DNA of 64,000 bases from Candidatus Bathyarchaeota archaeon (lineage in GTDB: Archaea; Thermoproteota; Bathyarchaeia; Bathyarchaeales; Bathycorpusculaceae), in assembly GCA_963782525.1 (NCBI GenBank), contig CAWAKC010000011.1:64001-128000 (forward strand). Reading direction: 5' to 3'. The notes below the pieces were generated by a model that worked only from the letters and a program-made list of their open reading frames with translations, was not told where the DNA came from and did no database searches. This document shows positions 1-10,015 of the stretch, in pieces. The position numbers were made by a program, and so were the translations under genes. How positions within the stretch are numbered: the first letter of the stretch is position 1; every line of letters begins with the position of its first letter.

Positions 1-78
1 AAAGAAACAATAGAGTTCGATTGTCCACAGGGCGACAAAGTTGTGGTTCCTAAGTTTGATGATTCTCAAAAAATCTAA
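1..78 (+). CDS. 3' end of a CDS running in from outside the window (hypothetical)
   Basis: Frame 1 is open from base 1 (KETIEFDCPQGDKVVVPKFDDSQKI*) to TAA at 76-78, followed by GAGGGTGA before the next ATG. Confidence 0.4.
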   Translation, partial: KETIEFDCPQGDKVVVPKFDDSQKI

Positions 79-107
79 GGAACAAATTTGGAGTTGAGGG
101 TGAAAAA

Positions 108-362
108 ATGGCGGCGAAACCTGCAGATGAGTCAATCGAAACCGTAACACGATCAATAACAACTAACGATGCAGACCGCAAGTTTATTCTTGCAATGGTA
201 GTTATCGCAGCGTTTATCGTCATGTTATTCGTTCCCATAGTAACCAATAATAGTACGCTTTTCTCGACCGTTGCAACAGCTATGACGGGGCTCGTGGTAA
301 CCATAATTGGCTATTACTTCGGAAGCGAAAAGAATCAATCAACAACAACGCCTTCACAATGA
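108..362 (+). CDS. small two-TM membrane protein
   Basis: 84-aa ORF with SD-like GAGGGTGA upstream, two hydrophobic segments, ending IIGYYFGS. Confidence 0.75.
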   Translation: MAAKPADESIETVTRSITTNDADRKFILAMVVIAAFIVMLFVPIVTNNSTLFSTVATAMTGLVVTIIGYYFGSEKNQSTTTPSQ

Positions 363-480
363 TTCTTTAGCGTAAGTTAAGGTTTCAAGTTTGTCCAATC
401 TTTTTTTCCGGTGTCATTAGCCTTAATATCGATTTCACTTAGTGGAATGTGGCAATTTTAGGAGATGAAAGATTGTTTAC

Positions 481-655
481 TCTTCATGGATATCCTTCAA
501 TTTTACCCCCAACCCATCGGCGGCAGGAAACACAGCAATCATTACGATAACTGTTCCATTATCCACCAGTCGAGGAACATGCACAGACACGCTCACTGGA
601 ACTGACCCTTCAGGCTTAACACAAAAACAACTATAACGCTTACCGTTACCAGATA
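481..655 (+). pseudogene. fragment of an Ig-like/beta-sandwich surface-protein domain
   Basis: Reads SSWISFNFTPNPSAAGNTAIITITVPLSTSRGT..TLTGT, then shifts frame to TTITLTVTR*; no start codon. Confidence 0.35.
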
Positions 656-800
656 AACTACAATCCATTTTTTATTTATTTTTTTAGAGAATTAAAATTT
701 GTCCTTACATAATTTGCGCATTAAAATGTTTTAGCATTTAATGAATTAATTTTGTTTAGCAATGCTTCTTAAAGGTTAATAAGGGAATGGAAATAAGCGC

Positions 801-2579
801 TTGGATGGAAGAGAGTTTCAAATGCAAAAAACGAAAGGCGTCTGTCTGTTCTCTAAATTAATTGTTAAAAGTAAATCGTTCAAGATTATTACTCCAATCG
901 TATTAGTGGCATTACTTTTTGTGGGTATGATTACACCTCTTTACGCACTTACACCAGCTAGGGATTTGACTGGAACTTGGAGAAGCGGAGTATCCGGCGT
1001 TTATTATGACATGGATCCTTCAGACGGTAGCACGCGGATGAATGATATAACCGCAACGTACCAGATGGATATAACTCAAACGGGTAGTCAAATTCAAATA
1101 GTGTTCTATACTTATCCGACAAGCTACAAAACTGACACCGCCTACTGGAACGAATACGGCATGGCTGGTGTTCCTCCTGTAAGCGGAGGTGATATTCTGT
1201 TTAAGGGAACTGTTTCAGGGGCAAGCTTTAGCGCAGACGAATACCCTGCAAGCTCATTGACACAGGAACATTTAGCCGGCACGTTCACAACAGACATCAT
1301 CACAGCAACCCTCACTGGGCTTCTATACACAAGCGACACCAACGGAATAATCGTTATCCGTTCAGGCTCATCCGCCACCGTGCCGCCCATTGCAACTGTA
1401 GCCCCCACTGCAACTCCTGCCCCTACACCCGCCTTGCCCACATCAGATAACTTAGGCAGCGTTTCACAAGTTCAAGGTTCTGCGACGTTTGCCGACACAG
1501 GCTCCTCGGTCACAACTCAAAGCTCCATCGGAACCGGGGCTGAAATCAAAACTGGTGCCGACACAATTGTCGCATTCAGCTATCCCGACATTGGAGGAAC
1601 CGTATATTTGGGTGCAAACTCGGATGCGGCATGGGTTTATCCCGAAAAACAAACAGATCCAATGACTGGAACTATAACCTACACAATAGTACCTTCGCCG
1701 ACGACAGGTTCTATCCCGTTTGAAACTGGGGCGGAAGCCGACGAATTCGGTCAAGTCGCCATAACATTACCGATAGAAATCGGAGTTGGCATGTTATTGC
1801 TGGGTGAGACCCTTCCAATAGCTTTGACGGGCGCCGCAGTAGTCGAAGGAACGATGCTCCTTGGAACAGGCATCGCATACATCCATGAACAGTTGTCCCC
1901 GCAAGAAGGTACCCTTGATGTAAGACCTGTTCAGGTGCCTCAGGGAATGGTGATGGGCTCCGGAACCGATTATGTGGTGATGGTTTCCAATGACTCGACT
2001 ACTATCCAAGTTATGGCTGGCTCAGTCATATTCGTCGACCAATATACCAACAACACAATTACTGTGGGCGCAAACCAGATGTTGACGCTTCCATCCGGAA
2101 TAACAACAGGATTTACCACACAAGACCTTCAAGCCAAAGTATCGGCATTCGACGCTTCATCAATTAACCAGTGGTGGATAATTACCCCTATTGCTACACC
2201 GATGACACCCACAACTACTCCTGCAGCTCCGACCAATACTGCTGCCCCCACAAACGCATTAAACAACGGCGGTACAAACTTCCTTTCTGACCCCATGATT
2301 TTAGCGTTTATTTTAGTAATAGTCATTGTTGTAGTCGTTGTTCTCATCGCAGTAACCAAGCAAAAACGTTCAAGTCAGACACGCATATCGAATCGGAAGT
2401 CTCGCAACCAAAAAATCACCCCGTCAACCAAGGAAACAGGAGTCCCAATGCAGCCTGTAGCCACGCAACCCAAAGGTGTTTTCTGCCCCAACTGTGGAAA
2501 CCAACTTCTCAATACCGCAGGTTCATGTCCATTCTGCCACGCAGACCTAAGCCAATGGTATCCAAACGACAAAAAATAG
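801..2579 (+). CDS. secreted/membrane-anchored protein with FecR-like region, P/T linkers, C-terminal TM and zinc ribbon
   Basis: N-terminal hydrophobic segment; VSQVQG..IKTGADT..GTDYVV..TIQVMAGSV FecR-like pattern; TM helix; CPNC...CPFC. Start may be ATG 822. Confidence 0.75.
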   Translation: MDGREFQMQKTKGVCLFSKLIVKSKSFKIITPIVLVALLFVGMITPLYALTPARDLTGTWRSGVSGVYYDMDPSDGSTRMNDITATYQMDITQTGSQIQIVFYTYPTSYKTDTAYWNEYGMAGVPPVSGGDILFKGTVSGASFSADEYPASSLTQEHLAGTFTTDIITATLTGLLYTSDTNGIIVIRSGSSATVPPIATVAPTATPAPTPALPTSDNLGSVSQVQGSATFADTGSSVTTQSSIGTGAEIKTGADTIVAFSYPDIGGTVYLGANSDAAWVYPEKQTDPMTGTITYTIVPSPTTGSIPFETGAEADEFGQVAITLPIEIGVGMLLLGETLPIALTGAAVVEGTMLLGTGIAYIHEQLSPQEGTLDVRPVQVPQGMVMGSGTDYVVMVSNDSTTIQVMAGSVIFVDQYTNNTITVGANQMLTLPSGITTGFTTQDLQAKVSAFDASSINQWWIITPIATPMTPTTTPAAPTNTAAPTNALNNGGTNFLSDPMILAFILVIVIVVVVVLIAVTKQKRSSQTRISNRKSRNQKITPSTKETGVPMQPVATQPKGVFCPNCGNQLLNTAGSCPFCHADLSQWYPNDKK

Positions 2580-2928
2580 CCCTTCTCAAACGGGTTTAAT
2601 TCTTTATTTTTTATGTTTTGCCTGAAAAAATAAATTCCAGCATGCGCCATTATTGTTAAGGTAATTTTATTTGCATGGCAAAATGGTCGTCTGTTGCCCC
2701 AAATGCAAAACACCTCAGCAAGTTACAAGACCTGACAGCAGTCATCCATTTTGGTCCACTGAGAAACCATCGGAGACCATAGAAAAATAAGTTCCCTGTA
2801 ACAGTCAATGCAATGCAAAAACTCAGACCGTAACGAAAAATTCGACGTTTACTGGTATAACAAATAAAATTACTGAAGCCATTTCTCCTGCTCTAATTAG
2901 CCAAGCGTAACGCTCTGAGTTTCGATCG

Positions 2929-3123
2929 CTACATTATTGATTGTACTCTGCCAACTTTACCGTCTGTTAGACGCACTTTGATTCCATGAGGATGCGTTGG
3001 ACTATTGGTAAGAATTTCTTTCACGATTCCCTCGGTTAATGTGCCGCTTTGCTGATGTTGCTTTAACACGATTTTTACTCGGATTCCAGCTTTGATTTGG
3101 CTTCGCTGTTGATTAGGTAGCAT
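2929..3123 (-). CDS. YwbE family protein
   Basis: IVLKQHQQSGTLTEGIVKEILTNSPTHPHGIKVRLTDGKVGRVQ matches the YwbE/DUF2196 consensus. Confidence 0.9.
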   Translation of the reverse strand: MLPNQQRSQIKAGIRVKIVLKQHQQSGTLTEGIVKEILTNSPTHPHGIKVRLTDGKVGRVQSIM

Positions 3124-3194
3124 TTCTTCTCATATGACCCACGTAGTTTATAGTGTTTCTCTATTTTTTCAAACAACGCTGACTAGAATTGGCA

Positions 3195-4409
3195 TTAAAC
3201 CGTTTGGTTCCAGAAGTAGATATGCTGGTATCCCTTGCCAGCTATCGGGAACTGAGCGTCGTCGTACACGATGTCTAAGTTTGTGCCGTATTGGTTGATG
3301 AGTTTTTCTTTGATGTTCCAGATTTGGGCAGAATTGCTGTCTGGACGCCAGAGTCCCCAGATGGAGTCGTTTTGGTTTCTCATGCCCCACCCGTAATCAT
3401 GCGGCAAAACCAAAACCGCATCAGGCTCATCGTTTACTTTGAGGGTTTGTATGTTGTTCCAGAATTTCTCTAAAGCTGCAAAATGCTCATCGGTTAAGAT
3501 TCCGTAGGGGTTGTCGTTTATTTGTGGGTAATCGAAGATTACGGCGTATTTTGCGCCTGACCTGTAAGCCGTCATGAGTTGGTTGTACATTTCAGTGCCA
3601 TTTACCAGGTATGGGGGTTGGTCGTATGTCCAGGTTATTATGGTTCCCCACGTCTTGTTCTGCATTCGTGCAGCGCCTCTAGCTAAATCGATGGGTTGGA
3701 TGATACTTTGGTTGGAGCCAAACTCAGCGAAGATGGTGTCGTAGCCGCCTAAATAATCAAACCAATAGAGGGCATAATCCGATGTGAACGAGTGGATTTG
3801 ACGGGTTTCTAATTCGTTGAGTCCCAAGCCCGATTCTACGGCTGTTAGAAAATGGTAGGCTGCCTGATTGTTGTCAATGGGTAGTGAACCGTTGAGTAGA
3901 AGGTCAATTCCCGGCAAATGCTGAAGGTAGATTGAGGTGTCGCGGATTTTTATTTGGTTAAAATAGCCTGTCCAGTTCACATCTAATGTTTGTCCGCCGG
4001 GTTCATCATTGAGGTATATTCCCAAAAAATGGCTACCCCACGTCTGTTTGGCATAGTCTAGCCAAGGTATCTGCCAAGGATAGGCTGGGTTAAAGTAGCC
4101 AAAATAGACGATAACGTCTAAACGTGAATCAACAGCATATTTGACTATTTCATTCAACGATGTTTCGTTCGTGCTGACAGGACCTGATTGCACCACGAAA
4201 AGGTTAGTGAAATCTTTGACTCTATCGATTAGCACTTTTGCTTGCGCGGTTGTGTTTCCGCCGAAAGATACGCCAACGTGAAAACCAGCTGTCTGGGGTT
4301 GCTTCTCTTTGTCTTTCTGGTTAAGGTAGGGCAAAAGCAGTTCAGCGGAGGCAAAAACTAAGATTATAACTATTATGCCCGCCAGAATGACAACTGTTAA
4401 CCGCTTCAA
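3195..4409 (-). CDS. membrane-anchored hypothetical protein, possible glycoside-hydrolase-like TIM barrel
   Basis: 404 aa with N-terminal TM; YLNDEPGG and FAEFG acidic motifs. Confidence 0.7.
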   Translation of the reverse strand: MKRLTVVILAGIIVIILVFASAELLLPYLNQKDKEKQPQTAGFHVGVSFGGNTTAQAKVLIDRVKDFTNLFVVQSGPVSTNETSLNEIVKYAVDSRLDVIVYFGYFNPAYPWQIPWLDYAKQTWGSHFLGIYLNDEPGGQTLDVNWTGYFNQIKIRDTSIYLQHLPGIDLLLNGSLPIDNNQAAYHFLTAVESGLGLNELETRQIHSFTSDYALYWFDYLGGYDTIFAEFGSNQSIIQPIDLARGAARMQNKTWGTIITWTYDQPPYLVNGTEMYNQLMTAYRSGAKYAVIFDYPQINDNPYGILTDEHFAALEKFWNNIQTLKVNDEPDAVLVLPHDYGWGMRNQNDSIWGLWRPDSNSAQIWNIKEKLINQYGTNLDIVYDDAQFPIAGKGYQHIYFWNQTV

Positions 4410-4512
4410 TAAAAGCCTCCTACTTGAAAAACCGTTTGCTACTAGCTCAAATGTAATTTCCAGTAAAAATAGGTTGCCACTTTGAATCTTGGCTTTCGTA
4501 CATGTAAGTTGG

Positions 4513-5313
4513 TTACTTTTTTTTGTTTTTCACTGCAAAATAAGAGAGAACTGCTAAAGGAACGACAAGTGCATACGAAACTAATGTTCCAAGCCAAACC
4601 CCCAGACTTGGATACAAAAACCGCACAGCAACACAGAAGGGTATTATCGTTAGAATACCCGAAAATACAAGCGGCTTGGTGATGGTGCGTGAAAATTTCA
4701 ATCCTTTGCTGTGATTCAGAATTATCAATGTGGACGTGAAGACCGCTGGAAACGCAGCGGCTATTCCACCGAGAACTGAACCGGCAACTTGACTCAGAAA
4801 CACCGACAGAGCAACCAGTGAACCAGCGCCGATTCCTCGTAGCGCAACTTCTTGGATGGTGTAGATTTTTTTCTCAGCCTTCAAATTTTCCAGTTTCAGT
4901 TTCTTGACGAACGCATAAAAGGTTAACGCAGAAATTACCGCTCCACTGACTAGCGCAAGCGAAAAATCGTTAAAGCCCGAAGCAACGATTAAGCCTGAAA
5001 TCACAAACCAAATCACTATCGAGATGGATATGCCCCATGCGAATCCTTTCTGGCTGAAGAAGGCGAAGAGGAACAGGTATGCGCTTGTTATGGCGAAGGC
5101 TAATGGGAAAACTGTGGTTGCTTGGACTGCGGCTGCTGAAGACTGATTTATGCCGATGAAGAAAAACGAGAACGCTGAGGTTGAGGGAAGACCGCCGAGA
5201 ATTCCGCCAACGATGCTGCCCTTCTTTTCGGCGACAACGGTGATGGAAGTTACCCACAAACTGCCGACTGCGAAAGCTAAAAGAAGATGGGTCAGCATCG
5301 AAGCGTCAATCAT
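4513..5313 (-). CDS. multi-pass membrane protein (DUF3147-like duplicated unit)
   Basis: Internal repeat GGILGGLPST / GGIAAAFPAV; about 8 TM segments. Confidence 0.75.
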   Translation of the reverse strand: MIDASMLTHLLLAFAVGSLWVTSITVVAEKKGSIVGGILGGLPSTSAFSFFFIGINQSSAAAVQATTVFPLAFAITSAYLFLFAFFSQKGFAWGISISIVIWFVISGLIVASGFNDFSLALVSGAVISALTFYAFVKKLKLENLKAEKKIYTIQEVALRGIGAGSLVALSVFLSQVAGSVLGGIAAAFPAVFTSTLIILNHSKGLKFSRTITKPLVFSGILTIIPFCVAVRFLYPSLGVWLGTLVSYALVVPLAVLSYFAVKNKKK

Positions 5314-5470
5314 GCGTTCAACTTTGCAGGCTTCTTGGTTAATTAATTTTTAGAATAAGGTAGTTTAGGATTCGATCCTATTTCGAGGGGCATATGTGAA
5401 TCTTAATCGTGATTCAATGCAGAAACCCATAGTGGGTAGGTTGTAAGAGCACTTCTGCGATAAAACTACG

Positions 5471-5932
5471 TTAATCTATGGGTTTTTTCCATCCGCCGTT
5501 GCTAAAGCGTGCGATGCACCCAAACGGAAACGCTAACAGAACGATATCAATAATGGCAACGCTCGTGAAGGACACGTTTAGGACTGTTTGCAGAACAAGG
5601 TTAACTGTGGAGAATGTTAGAAATAGAAAGATGCCGTTTAACCATATACCAACTTGCCACCCTTTAGTTTTGTACAATGTGTTGATTATGAATATGTTCA
5701 AGACGCCTAAGAAAATTGGCTGCACAAAATATGTTATGACTATTAAAAAGGCAAAACCGATCGGCGGCATATACATAGTCAAAGATAGTCGGGAACTATC
5801 CAACTGAGATTGAATGATAACTAACACTATTGTTAAAATCAAGCCTTGAATTAGGAGTTTCTCTACTAAACGTAGATGGCGCAAATGATTGAAGATTCTA
5901 TTTTCAGTTAGCGTTTTTTGCAATCCAGTCAC
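5471..5932 (-). CDS. hypothetical membrane protein
   Basis: Four hydrophobic segments; overlaps the 3' end of the upstream gene (operon-like). Confidence 0.65.
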   Translation of the reverse strand: MTGLQKTLTENRIFNHLRHLRLVEKLLIQGLILTIVLVIIQSQLDSSRLSLTMYMPPIGFAFLIVITYFVQPIFLGVLNIFIINTLYKTKGWQVGIWLNGIFLFLTFSTVNLVLQTVLNVSFTSVAIIDIVLLAFPFGCIARFSNGGWKKPID

Positions 5933-6833
5933 CTACTGTTTGTTCTGCGGGTCTGTCGCGGATTCCGTAGTCATCCAGTTGGCTGTTCCAGTAAACCAGC
6001 CAGCAGCCTTTAAGCCCCATGCTCTTGAAGAGGTTAAGTCCCTTTATGAGGAAGTCACTTTGAATTTGACTGTTGCTGGTTGACATGCCAAATTCTGTTA
6101 TGACTACGTCTTTGCACGTTATTTGGTGGAGGTATTGGATAAAGTGGGGCGATAACACGAGAAATGAATCCATGAATACGTCTAAACCTACAAAGTCAAG
6201 TTTTTTGCTAAGATCCATTGGCACGTTGCTTCTCAGAATATAGCCGATTCCAAAGTTTGTGTAATATTGGGCTGATAGATGGTGCGCTTGGACTGTTAAA
6301 TAAAGGCGGTCAAAGTTGCTGGTTATTTCGTCATCCGTGAATATAGATCCAACAGACCATGTTGAAGACAGCTCGGGTTCATTCATGACTTGCACATATT
6401 TGAGGTGGCTTCCCCAACGGTTAAGGTAATAATCCACTTTGTCGGTTGATTCTAAATTCTGAATAACCAAAGCCACAGGTAAGCCATAATTGTCGGTTGC
6501 CGCAAAGAAAGCATCTGTTTTTTGGTTTTGTAGGTCATCATAAATCAGTGGGTTGCATTCCAGTGTTATGCGTATGGCTTTAAAACCTAAATCGTGAATA
6601 CGTGTGACTTCCCCGAAAATCTGGCTTAAGTTGTCCTGTTCGTAAACGTAGTGGATTCCAACCTGAAACGGAGAATTCGCATCCCTTTGCGCTGAAGCAT
6701 AATACTGGTAAGGAAAGAAGATTTGGACCAAAATGAACAATATGCAGAAAGTGATGACGATGAGGTTTTTTATCAAACTCTTATTCGTAAACCAAACGAA
6801 GCCATGACCGAGGTTTCCTAAGAGCTTACTCAT
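5904..6833 (-). CDS. membrane-anchored GH-A clan-like TIM-barrel protein
   Basis: N-terminal TM; VMNEPE (acid/base-like) and VITEFG (nucleophile-like) motifs. Confidence 0.7.
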   Translation of the reverse strand: MSKLLGNLGHGFVWFTNKSLIKNLIVITFCILFILVQIFFPYQYYASAQRDANSPFQVGIHYVYEQDNLSQIFGEVTRIHDLGFKAIRITLECNPLIYDDLQNQKTDAFFAATDNYGLPVALVIQNLESTDKVDYYLNRWGSHLKYVQVMNEPELSSTWSVGSIFTDDEITSNFDRLYLTVQAHHLSAQYYTNFGIGYILRSNVPMDLSKKLDFVGLDVFMDSFLVLSPHFIQYLHQITCKDVVITEFGMSTSNSQIQSDFLIKGLNLFKSMGLKGCWLVYWNSQLDDYGIRDRPAEQTVGDWIAKNAN

Positions 6834-6919
6834 GTTAACAATAAAGGGCTTGATTTCTTTTTAAGTCTTAATCAATTAACCTAAAAAAATAAAAATAAAA
6901 AACAAAGGGAAACTTTGTT

Positions 6920-8077
6920 TTAGTAGAAGCTTTGGATTGGCGAATCGTTGTTGCGTTCGCTGGTTGCTGGCCTGATTTCTTCGATTTTGGTCTTTGTGAG
7001 CGATTTGATTTGGTTAAAGTTTGACATTTCGCCATAGCTTACTAAGGTTATTGCTGTGCCGTCTTCGCCTTTGCGTGCTGTTCTGCCTATACGGTGGAAG
7101 TATACTGGTGCGTCGTTTGGTACATCGTAGTTGATTATGTGAGTGATGCCTTCGATGTCTAAGCCTCTTGCTGCAACGTCAGTTGCTACGAGCAGGTTTG
7201 TGCGTCCGCAGCGGAATTCGCTGATTGCGCGGTCTCGCTGTGCTTGGGTGAAGCCTGCGTGGAGTGCTTGTACTCGGCAGCCTTTGCGGTAGAGTTGGTC
7301 TGAGAGGCGGCTTGTTTCTCTGCGTGTTCTGCAGAAAATAATCGCTTTGTCAACTCGGTCGTCGTGTAGGATGTCGCAGAGTGCTCCGAATTTGCCGTTT
7401 TGGTTAACGATTGTGTAGAACTGTTTCATCTGGGTTAATGCTATTTCGTCTTTGCTAACGAAGATTTTCTCAGGGTTCTTCATGTATTTGTTGCATACAC
7501 GCATGACTGATTGTTCCATGGTTGCGCTGAAAAGGCTCGTTTGTCTGTCGCGGGGTGTTTTTGAGAGAATGAATTCAACGTCTTCGGTGAAGCCCATGTC
7601 GAGCATGCGGTCAGCTTCATCAAGAACCACTATCTTCACGGTTGAAAGGTTCAATACGCGCCTTTCCATAAGGTCGATTAACCTGCCTGGAGTGCCGACA
7701 ACGATGTGGACTCCGCTGGCTAATGAGTGGATTTGTTTGTTGATGGATTCTCCACCGTAAACAGCTAGAACCTTCAATTTAGCGTATTTCGCGAAAAGCG
7801 CCATTTGTTCTGCTACTTGCACAGCTAATTCGCGGGTTGGAACTAAAATTAGTCCTTGAACGCCGCGGATTTCACGGTTTAAGCGTTGAACCATTGGTAC
7901 GCCGAATGCGGCGGTTTTTCCTGTTCCGGTTTGTGCTTGCCCGAGGACATCTTTGCCTTCGAGGAGGGGAATTATTGCTTGAGCTTGAATTGGAAAAAGA
8001 CTATCAAACCCGAGTTCTGATATACTTTTTAGGACTTCTCCTGATAGCGGTAAGTCCTTAAATGATTGAATTTGCAT
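6920..8077 (-). CDS. DEAD-box RNA helicase
   Basis: Q motif, AQTGTGKT, PTRELA, DEAD, SAT, ARGLD, HRIGRTAR. Confidence 0.97.
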   Translation of the reverse strand: MQIQSFKDLPLSGEVLKSISELGFDSLFPIQAQAIIPLLEGKDVLGQAQTGTGKTAAFGVPMVQRLNREIRGVQGLILVPTRELAVQVAEQMALFAKYAKLKVLAVYGGESINKQIHSLASGVHIVVGTPGRLIDLMERRVLNLSTVKIVVLDEADRMLDMGFTEDVEFILSKTPRDRQTSLFSATMEQSVMRVCNKYMKNPEKIFVSKDEIALTQMKQFYTIVNQNGKFGALCDILHDDRVDKAIIFCRTRRETSRLSDQLYRKGCRVQALHAGFTQAQRDRAISEFRCGRTNLLVATDVAARGLDIEGITHIINYDVPNDAPVYFHRIGRTARKGEDGTAITLVSYGEMSNFNQIKSLTKTKIEEIRPATSERNNDSPIQSFY

Positions 8078-8609
8078 ACTTTATTTTTCTTCTGCCACAG
8101 GATTTTTTCATGATGTCTCTAAAAGCTTCAAAGCTTTGGTGATAGCATGATTAATGTGACAGCCCAAAAATGTGGCGTGGCGTATAAAAACGTTTAGCAC
8201 GATTTCAGGCAAAGGACACGTTGAAAAAGGTTGCTTTTACAAAAAAACGATGCTTTGTCCTTAAAAAACCCTTATTTTTTATTTTAATTTGAATTTTTTT
8301 GCAATTAAAAAAATTAAAATATGAAAAAGGCGGTTTTGGTGGATAACGCTAAGACAAAGTAGGGTCGGTCAAAGGTTTGGGTGGTTACCAATGAATAGCG
8401 CTTGTTGTGGGGTCTAACGTATCCAGTTGCAGCAATCGCGCTCCCGTAGTACCATGTTATAGCTTGGTCTGCTGTTATTCTCAAGCGCTCTTTACCATAC
8501 AATCGGTCGAAAAGTTGTTTGTGACTGTCAAAGTTCAATCACATAGTCATAAAAGCAATTACGGGCACAAGTTGATTCAGATGAGCTTAAGCTTGAACGA
8601 TTAAATTGG

Positions 8610-8885
8610 ATGGATAAAGACATGAGTAAACTCAAAAAAAAGCCATTACCCTACCTATACGCTGGAGACCCAAAACCTGACACAGCAGAAGAAACCGAGG
8701 ACATTTACGATTCAAAAGAAAGAGAGGAAATGCTCGATGACGATGAAATCACAGCAGCAGAAAACGGATTCATGGATGGACAAGAACAGGCAGAGATAAA
8801 CAAAAAAGCAACCCGCAAAAACGCAGTTAGCCACGATGACTCAGTCTCAGTTGAGTTAGCAAAAGAAGATGCAGAAGACGACTAA
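8610..8885 (+). CDS. small acidic hypothetical protein
   Basis: 91-aa D/E-rich ORF (REEMLDDDEITAAENGFM). Confidence 0.7.
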   Translation: MDKDMSKLKKKPLPYLYAGDPKPDTAEETEDIYDSKEREEMLDDDEITAAENGFMDGQEQAEINKKATRKNAVSHDDSVSVELAKEDAEDD

Positions 8886-9016
8886 TAAATCTTCAACTCA
8901 ACTCAATCATTTTTCTGACTTCAAAATGTTCAAGTCTTAATTTGTTGTTGCTACTTGCTTTAATTCAAAAATAATATCTTTTATTGCATCTCCAGAGCCA
9001 ACTTTAATTAAACTGG

Positions 9017-9790
9017 TTAATAATAGTAGGTAATTGTTACGTTTTCGGTTGCAATTCCACTTTGCAGACTGTTTCCAACTGCGAGGGCAATGTTTGACGA
9101 TGGCAAAATCGGGAAGGACGCTACGTTGTTTGAACCAAAGCTTGTTTGGACGTTGTAGTTGACACCATACGCGGTATAAGTAACATTGGCATAAACGCTG
9201 TTGATGGTTGGCGAGGAAACTCGAATCGTAACGTACCCTGCGTAGCTCGCGTTCTCTATCCAAGTCATGGTGTTTCCTGCTATTTGGTTTATCGTTTGGT
9301 TGTTAACCCATATTGTGAAAGCAGAAAGATTAGCGATTGCGTTGAGCGTGTTCACTTGATTCTGTAAACTGGATATTTGACTGTTTGCAGTCGTAAATTG
9401 AACGGATAAATCATGGTTATCGGTGTTGAGCACGTACATTAGTGAGTTGTAGTAATCTTCAAGTTTTTTGACGTTTTCATCAGCGTTTTTTATTTGGGTG
9501 TTTAGGTTGGATATCTGGATGTTTAAGTCCGCTGTCTGGGAGTTGTTGCGTGCAAGTTGTTCCTGCAGTGTTGATAATTGAAGATTTAGGCTTGTAATGT
9601 TGGTGTTTGCCGCAGCTAGTTGTGATGTTAAAGCAGTATATTCTGAATCGGTGTGGCTGTGGATTGATGTATTCTCGTTGGAGGTGCTATTATAGTAAAC
9701 TAAACTCCCGACTGTGGAGATAAGAAGGACTATACATAATAAGCCTAAAACAACCGCTAAATTTCTGTCTACAAGCTTTTTTTCGTTCAT
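9017..9790 (-). CDS. membrane-anchored coiled-coil protein
   Basis: N-terminal TM, heptad-rich N/Q/L region, beta-rich C-terminus. Confidence 0.8.
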   Translation of the reverse strand: MNEKKLVDRNLAVVLGLLCIVLLISTVGSLVYYNSTSNENTSIHSHTDSEYTALTSQLAAANTNITSLNLQLSTLQEQLARNNSQTADLNIQISNLNTQIKNADENVKKLEDYYNSLMYVLNTDNHDLSVQFTTANSQISSLQNQVNTLNAIANLSAFTIWVNNQTINQIAGNTMTWIENASYAGYVTIRVSSPTINSVYANVTYTAYGVNYNVQTSFGSNNVASFPILPSSNIALAVGNSLQSGIATENVTITYYY

Positions 9791-10015
9791 TAATTGCGCA
9801 CCTGATTGTTCCTTTTAAGCATCATGCAAATATTAATGTGTTGAGACTATGGTCTATTTTCCAAGATTATCAAAATAATCGGTGTTTTTGTTAAAACGCC
9901 AACTTTATTGAAAAAAAAGTTCCCTTTATCGTAACAGGCAACCATTCTTTTGCAAAAGCTTATTAGGATATACCAATATAAAACCTCCCGCAAAAAGACA
10001 AAAGGAAAGAAAGAA

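Noticed and set aside
2700-2870. Possible decayed gene fragment ending ..EKFDVYWYNK*
   Set aside because: Interrupted, no start, no recognisable family.
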